Assembly (NCBI GenBank): GCA_019828565.1
Contig: JAHDYR010000024.1
Location: 280,834-344,833, forward strand
Length of the DNA: 64,000 nucleotides
Source of the DNA: Carpediemonas membranifera BICM
Taxonomy: Eukaryota > Protista > Fornicata
Reading direction: 5' to 3'
The translations under genes and the position numbers were made by a program. This document shows positions 59,001 to 64,000 of the stretch, in pieces; positions within the stretch are counted from its first letter, which is position 1; each line of letters opens with the position of its first letter. The notes below the pieces were generated by a model. That model searched no databases and was not told where the DNA came from. It saw nothing but the letters and a program-made list of their open reading frames with translations.

Positions 59001-60053
59001 GGGTTAGGCCGCCTGCGGCACGCAGGAGACACGTCTCAATCTCGATGGCTTGCGCCTTCGTGAGGTGCCTCCTGCGCTCCGTCCCCATGGCTCGCTCGAG
59101 CGCGGGGGGCGAGAGAAGCGTCTGGCGGACTGTGTCGGCATCACGCCAGAGCTCTTCCCGCAGGTCCGGGTGGATGGCGTCCCGTAGGTCACGAGCGAAG
59201 GCTGCGATAGCCTGGTTCACTCGGACCGTTGGTACGTCCATCCCCCGATGGTTGGTGTCAGCCACGCTTTGGCCGCCAGGCATGGGAGCGGGTGCTCCGT
59301 TATGTCTAGGCTGGACATTCGTGGGCCGACTGGTCTCCTCGCTGTTGTTGGGTCTAGGCACGATGCCTGTCTCCTGTGACTGGGCGGGGGTGGGTGGTCC
59401 TGAGCCGAGAGGTGGACTTATCGGGGGTATAAGCTCCGCGATCATCATCTCCTCCCTCTCGATTTGCGTTCCTGATGTTTGGTGGGCTGACGCAACGGGT
59501 CCGTTGTCAATCTCATCGATGGTGGAGAGCCGTGGGCATCCCGCCGCCCGTAGTTGCTCTAGTAGAGCCCTGCGGCGGCCTAGGGATAGCGTATGGTCAC
59601 GGCCCTCTGTGTCTATACGGATTCGCGAGTCCATTCGGTGCATCAGGAATTGGACGGGATGCGGCGGTAGGTTCCTGATCAACTGGATTGAGCTTAGTAC
59701 TTGGTGTAATCTCTGCTTGAAGTCTCGGTTTGAGGGCCTCTGGATCACTGGGAAGAGCGGACTCACAGTGGCAATGAGTTCTTCGGAGACTCTCTTGGTG
59801 AAGCGCTCGGGACGTCCTCTATCTTGAATGAACAGCTTTTTCACAAGCTCTACATCGTTATAGAGGCGGCGGACTTTCTGGTACGAGGACCAGTGTTCGG
59901 CAAAGAGAGATTTTGGTACATGCTTACCAAACAGAATGCGCACGGCGTCGAAGATCTGGGAAACAGGATCTTCGAGCTGGATAGTTCCTTCAGTCCCGCT
60001 CAGAAGCCGCTCCACGACTTCTTTGCTGACAAAGACTGAGACTACCATCGCCG
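56077..60053 (-). mobile_element. Non-LTR retrotransposon copy E (array end)
   Basis: Full unit; homology to the other copies ends 5 nt upstream of the ATG at 60048. Confidence 0.93.
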
Positions 60054-60092
60054 GAGACGTCAGCTCCGGCGTGAGATAATGGAGCATGGGCG

Positions 60093-60587
60093 ATGGATCT
60101 GCCTGATTCGATTTATTCGAGCCGAACGAATCGGGATCGAATCAATTACGGCCAGATGGCTGAAGAAACCGAGAACAACACCGGGGACCGCACGCCTGAA
60201 GCAGAGAAGATCCCAGATCCGCAGAAGCGCATCAACGAACTAACAGGCGAGTTATTGACGCTTCGAGATTTAATGTCGCTGGAGTGGCGCCACCCGGACT
60301 CACTAGCCATGCGTAACGAGTCCGAATGGCTGCAGATGCTCTACAGGGACATCGTCCTCCACCCGAGCTGGACAACCGAGACGATCAAGCTTCAGCTAAT
60401 GCTCCGTCATGAGCTTCTCCTCATTAAGGACATCAATGGCTTTCACTACGCCGACGCAGTCAAGGACTACGTCAGAGCCCGACGTTCCAGGATCCGTGAT
60501 TCCGAGAGCCTCACCGTCCTCATCGCAGAGGCCCGCTCCAGTGCCAGAGTCGCCCCCAAGAGCGATAAGCGCCCCAGAAAAAACTAA
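60093..60587 (+). CDS. Gag-like ORF of the DIRS-type element
   Basis: 164-aa ORF directly upstream of RT, basic C-terminus; call is by position only. Confidence 0.55.
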   Translation: MDLPDSIYSSRTNRDRINYGQMAEETENNTGDRTPEAEKIPDPQKRINELTGELLTLRDLMSLEWRHPDSLAMRNESEWLQMLYRDIVLHPSWTTETIKLQLMLRHELLLIKDINGFHYADAVKDYVRARRSRIRDSESLTVLIAEARSSARVAPKSDKRPRKN

Positions 60588-60589
60588 TT

Positions 60590-61758
60590 GTGCAAGACCA
60601 TCAATCAACCGAACCACCACTCCCCACAACCCGTCGAGCGGGTTCTCTCCGCCACTCAGTGGCCGCGTGGCGGCGCTTGGGAGCGCCATCCGACGTGGTC
60701 TCTTGGGTTGGCGACGGCATACCCATCGAACTGACACAACAACCGAGCAATCCTCGAATATTCCATCTCCCAGAGAAGGACTTAGCCAAGCTCGATCCGC
60801 TGGTGCGCGAAATGCTCTCATCGGGTGCCATACACCGCGTCTCATCACCACCGAAGCTCACATGTCCTCTCTTTCCAGTCCCGAAGGGTACAGACAAATG
60901 GAGAGCAGTCCACAACCTCATACCGCTCAACAAGGTCTCCAAAGAGCGCCGTACGTTCCGCTTGTTCGGTGCCAAGAGAGCAGTTTTAAGCCTTGCGCCA
61001 GGAGACATGATGATGTCGCTAGATCTCCATGCAGGCTACCACCACGTGTCCATTCACCCATCATCGCAGTCCCTCCTAGGCTTTATTCACCGCGGCGTCC
61101 ACTATCAGTTCACAGTCCTCCCATTCGGATGGTCCGCGGCGCCATTCTACTTCCAGAAGATCATGATTACCGTAGCGAAGATTATCAAGCGCCATTGCCG
61201 CGGTGTAGGAGTTGCCGTCTATCTGGACGACCTTCTATTCTTCGGGAAGAAGAAGGCCCTTCTGCGCGAGCGCCAGCGCCTCCTGGACATCATGAATCAG
61301 CTAGGCTTTATCATCAACCACGACAAGTCAGTCCTAGAGCCCACCACAGTCCTGACATACCTCGGCATGCGCATCGACTCAGCTGCTCGGGTCATTTCCC
61401 TAGACTCGAAGAAGCGCAGCAGATACCGCCAATTGGTCGAGAGTGCGCTGATAGAAGGCAATATGAGCAACAAGAGGTGGCAATCCCTCATCGGGAAGCT
61501 ATCCTTCGCATCTCTGTGCTTCCCCGACGGCCGCGCATGGCTGAGACCTCTTCAGACAGCCACCGAGACGGAGAAAGGCTTTACGAAAGCCGTCCTCAAG
61601 GCCCTATCGTACTGGAAGCAACTGCTGAGCAGCGAAGATCATCCTCCCCGCTCCTTCGACTCCCTGATCAGCATGTGGGGCGCAAGCCCGGCAATCGACA
61701 TCCACATCCAGTCGGACGCCTCAGAAAAGGGCTTAGCTGCCATTATCAGGGTGTGCCG
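60590..61758 (+). CDS. DIRS-type reverse transcriptase/RNase H, truncated by insertion
   Basis: RT motifs as above; similarity ends at GLAAIIRVC. Confidence 0.85.
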
Positions 61759-63606
61759 TGTTACGAATGAGTTTTATGCAACCAACTCCCGCAGTTTAGG
61801 GTCACACTTCCCCCCATGCGGACGCATTAACGGCGCCCGGAACTGCGGAACTTCTTCTTGGCGGCGGCGAACGCGGCTTCATGCTCTGGATGAGCGACGA
61901 GGTAATCATCGAGAGCCGCTAGCTGGTCATAGTACCGGTTATAGGGTACATAGGAGTCTTCGTCGGGTGTGAGGCCTTCCCAACGGATGAGGAGCTCCAA
62001 TGAGCCGTTCTTCTTCTTCTTGTGACCGACGATCTCCTTGACGGGCTGTTCGCCTTGCTCGAAAGCGGCGATCCGCTCGAGCTCGGTGTCGGATAAATCG
62101 GTCTCGAATCGGACCAGTCTGTCGGCGTGGACCGTGCTGACGCATCTTGTGACGAGGTCACGGACGCGGTAGGTGTTCGGGTGTTCGCCCTTCCCCTCCA
62201 TGCGGAAGGGTCCGCGCAGGGGGGTGTAGATCTTAGCCGGGGGCTTGCCCGGGTAGCGCAGGAGAACGTATTGTTCTCTCTCCCACGCATGAGTGTCTGC
62301 TGTGGCCTTGGCCTTGCGCGCCTCGTACGCGCGAATCTTGACGCGGGCGAGGGCTTGTAGAGCGGCTACGTCCTCCTGGAAGCGGACAATCTCACCTTCA
62401 TCAACGCTCCCAGGGGTGCAGCTCTTCGTGGCGTTTGCCAGAGCGATCGGGGCGACCCGTAGCGTCGATTCTTTGCCGAACAGCAGTTCGAAAGGGGAGC
62501 GACCGGTGGTGGCGTGGCGGGTAGAGTTGATGACGTGTTGAGCGAGCGGTAAATAGGCGGGCCAGTTGCCGTCCTCTGCGTCTAGGAGGAGCGCTCTCAT
62601 GCGAGACATGATCGTGCCGTTGAGTCGTTCAACGACTCCGTTGCTGGCCGGATGGTAAGGGGTTGAGAACCTGTGCTGAAGACTGATGATGGCGTTACAC
62701 TCGGCAATGAGGGCGTTACGGAATTGAGTGCCCTGGTCGGTTTGAATCTCCTTTGGGACTCCGAACGTGGACCACACATCCAGCATCGCTGCTGCAGCCT
62801 CTTCGGCCTTTGTAGTAGCGACCGGACGGAGGATCGTGAACTTGGAGAAGACATCCACGATCGTGATGATGTAGGACATGCCGGCCTCTTCCGGAAGGGG
62901 GCCTATTGTGTCAAGCTGGACCGTCTCGAAGGGCTTGAGTCGCTGCGTGGAGTGCCACTTCGTCTTCTCGCGGGCAGGGGGTCTAACCTTCTGGCAGACG
63001 GCGCAACTTCTGAGGGTCTCCCCGGACGTCCGATTTCATGTCGGGCCAAGACTGCCCGGCGTTGCGGAGATTTGCCATCGTCTGAGCGACGCTGACGTGG
63101 CCCTGTGCACCGGCGTGGGCCTGGTTGATGAGGTGACGGTGAGAACTGGAGACCTGTTCGATAGCGGCCTTGAGGTCGTCTCGGTCCTCTGGGACGCTGC
63201 TAGGACGGGACAGCGAGTCGGCGACGACGTTGTGGACGCCCTTGATGTGGGCGATGGAGTAGGGGTACTCGGTCATTGTCAGGCGCCAGCGAGTAAGCTT
63301 TTTCGTGCCCTCCTCGTCCGTCTTTCTCAGGAGCCAAATAAGGTTCCGGTGATCGGTTCTGAGAGAGAACGGCTTAATCTTAAGGAGGGCTGAGAACTCC
63401 GGTCGAGTTACACAGTGGATGATCGCGTAAAGCTCCTGTTCGACGGTCGACCACCTTTGCTGAGTCTCGTCCAAGGTCTTGGAATAAAAAGCGAGGGGAA
63501 CCTTCTCAACTCCTTCGCCCTGCCAGAGGACCCCGCCGATCGCTACTGAGGAGGCATCGGTCTCCAAGGTCCAGGGCTTGTCTAAGTCTGGGAGGGCGAG
63601 CGCCGT
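61759..63606 (-). mobile_element. pol: Second Ty3/Gypsy chromodomain element, 3' half (RNase H, integrase, chromodomain, PPT, short 3' LTR)
   Basis: ETDAS, TDHRNL, ADSLSR; VDVFSK, TDQG.QF, NG.VER; RGPF; VKEIVGH...LIRWEG; PPT GGGGGGAAG followed by TGTGAC. Confidence 0.9.
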
Positions 63607-64000
63607 CATGCTGCGTTTTCCGGTACTCTAACCGGGACTTAAAGTCCCAGAATCAAGTCCCGGAATCCTTGATTGATTTTGATCGATGTCGTCGGATCAT
63701 CCCCAAAGTGGGTGACAGTCTTCTACTAGCCTAGTTCTACCTCTGGAAACATTATTAGCGCATGTCGATGTCACAAAAAATATTTATGATCGTTTTCCGT
63801 ATCGTCAGTGCAGGATAAGGTCGCATGACTTGGCCAAAGTCGCTCTTCAGAACTCGATCGTCTGACACATACAAACGCTAAAAGTGGTTGGCAAAGATGC
63901 ATTAGACCTTGTATATGACGTGTATAGACAAAATTTCGGGTGTTGCACTGTCACCTCTGAGGGGTATCCTCTCAAAAAGTGTTGAAACTCCTACTGTAAC
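63607..64000 (-). mobile_element. Right end of a sibling giant DNA transposon (inverted orientation, runs off window)
   Basis: Starts CATGC with a diverged TIR; ~63778..63956 is nearly the reverse complement of ~53014..53192. Confidence 0.8.

Larger units (their letters stand above)
60054..61758 (+). mobile_element. DIRS-type retrotransposon fragment (gag-like ORF, RT, start of RNase H)
   Basis: RT N-terminus AGSL...W...WV.DG.I typical of DIRS; DLHAGYHH, LPFG..AP, YLDD, YLG..IDS, LIGKL, SDAS; long overlapping second frame. Confidence 0.8.

Overview
This is a eukaryotic (probably protist) window made almost entirely of nested mobile elements. The backbone is a head-to-tail array of ~3.98-kb minus-strand non-LTR retrotransposons with a single ORF (RT + CCHC + restriction-like endonuclease, CRE-clade-like). 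One copy is split by a 42,476-bp insertion (10887..53362) with 56-bp terminal inverted repeats starting CATGCAGTC and a 2-bp TG target duplication. Near its left end this insertion encodes a divergent Chapaev/CMC-like DDE transposase. Its cargo includes a SET-domain protein, a PHD-finger protein, an OTU-like protease, a Ser/Thr kinase, a HEPN-motif protein and tyrosine-recombinase-like proteins that appear catalytically degenerate. It also contains duplicated modules whose breakpoints partly coincide with a TAAAGTGCAC motif, two minisatellites and paired long hairpins. Nested inside is a large APE-RT LINE whose upstream ORF carries a DEDDh/Maelstrom-like nuclease domain; that ORF is interrupted by a complete chromodomain Ty3/Gypsy element with extra antisense ORFs. 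At the right, a DIRS-type element is interrupted by a second Ty3/Gypsy element, which is in turn interrupted by the end of a relative of the giant DNA transposon. All protein calls come from reading motifs by eye, not from database searches. Many frameshifts sit in homopolymers and may be long-read errors.
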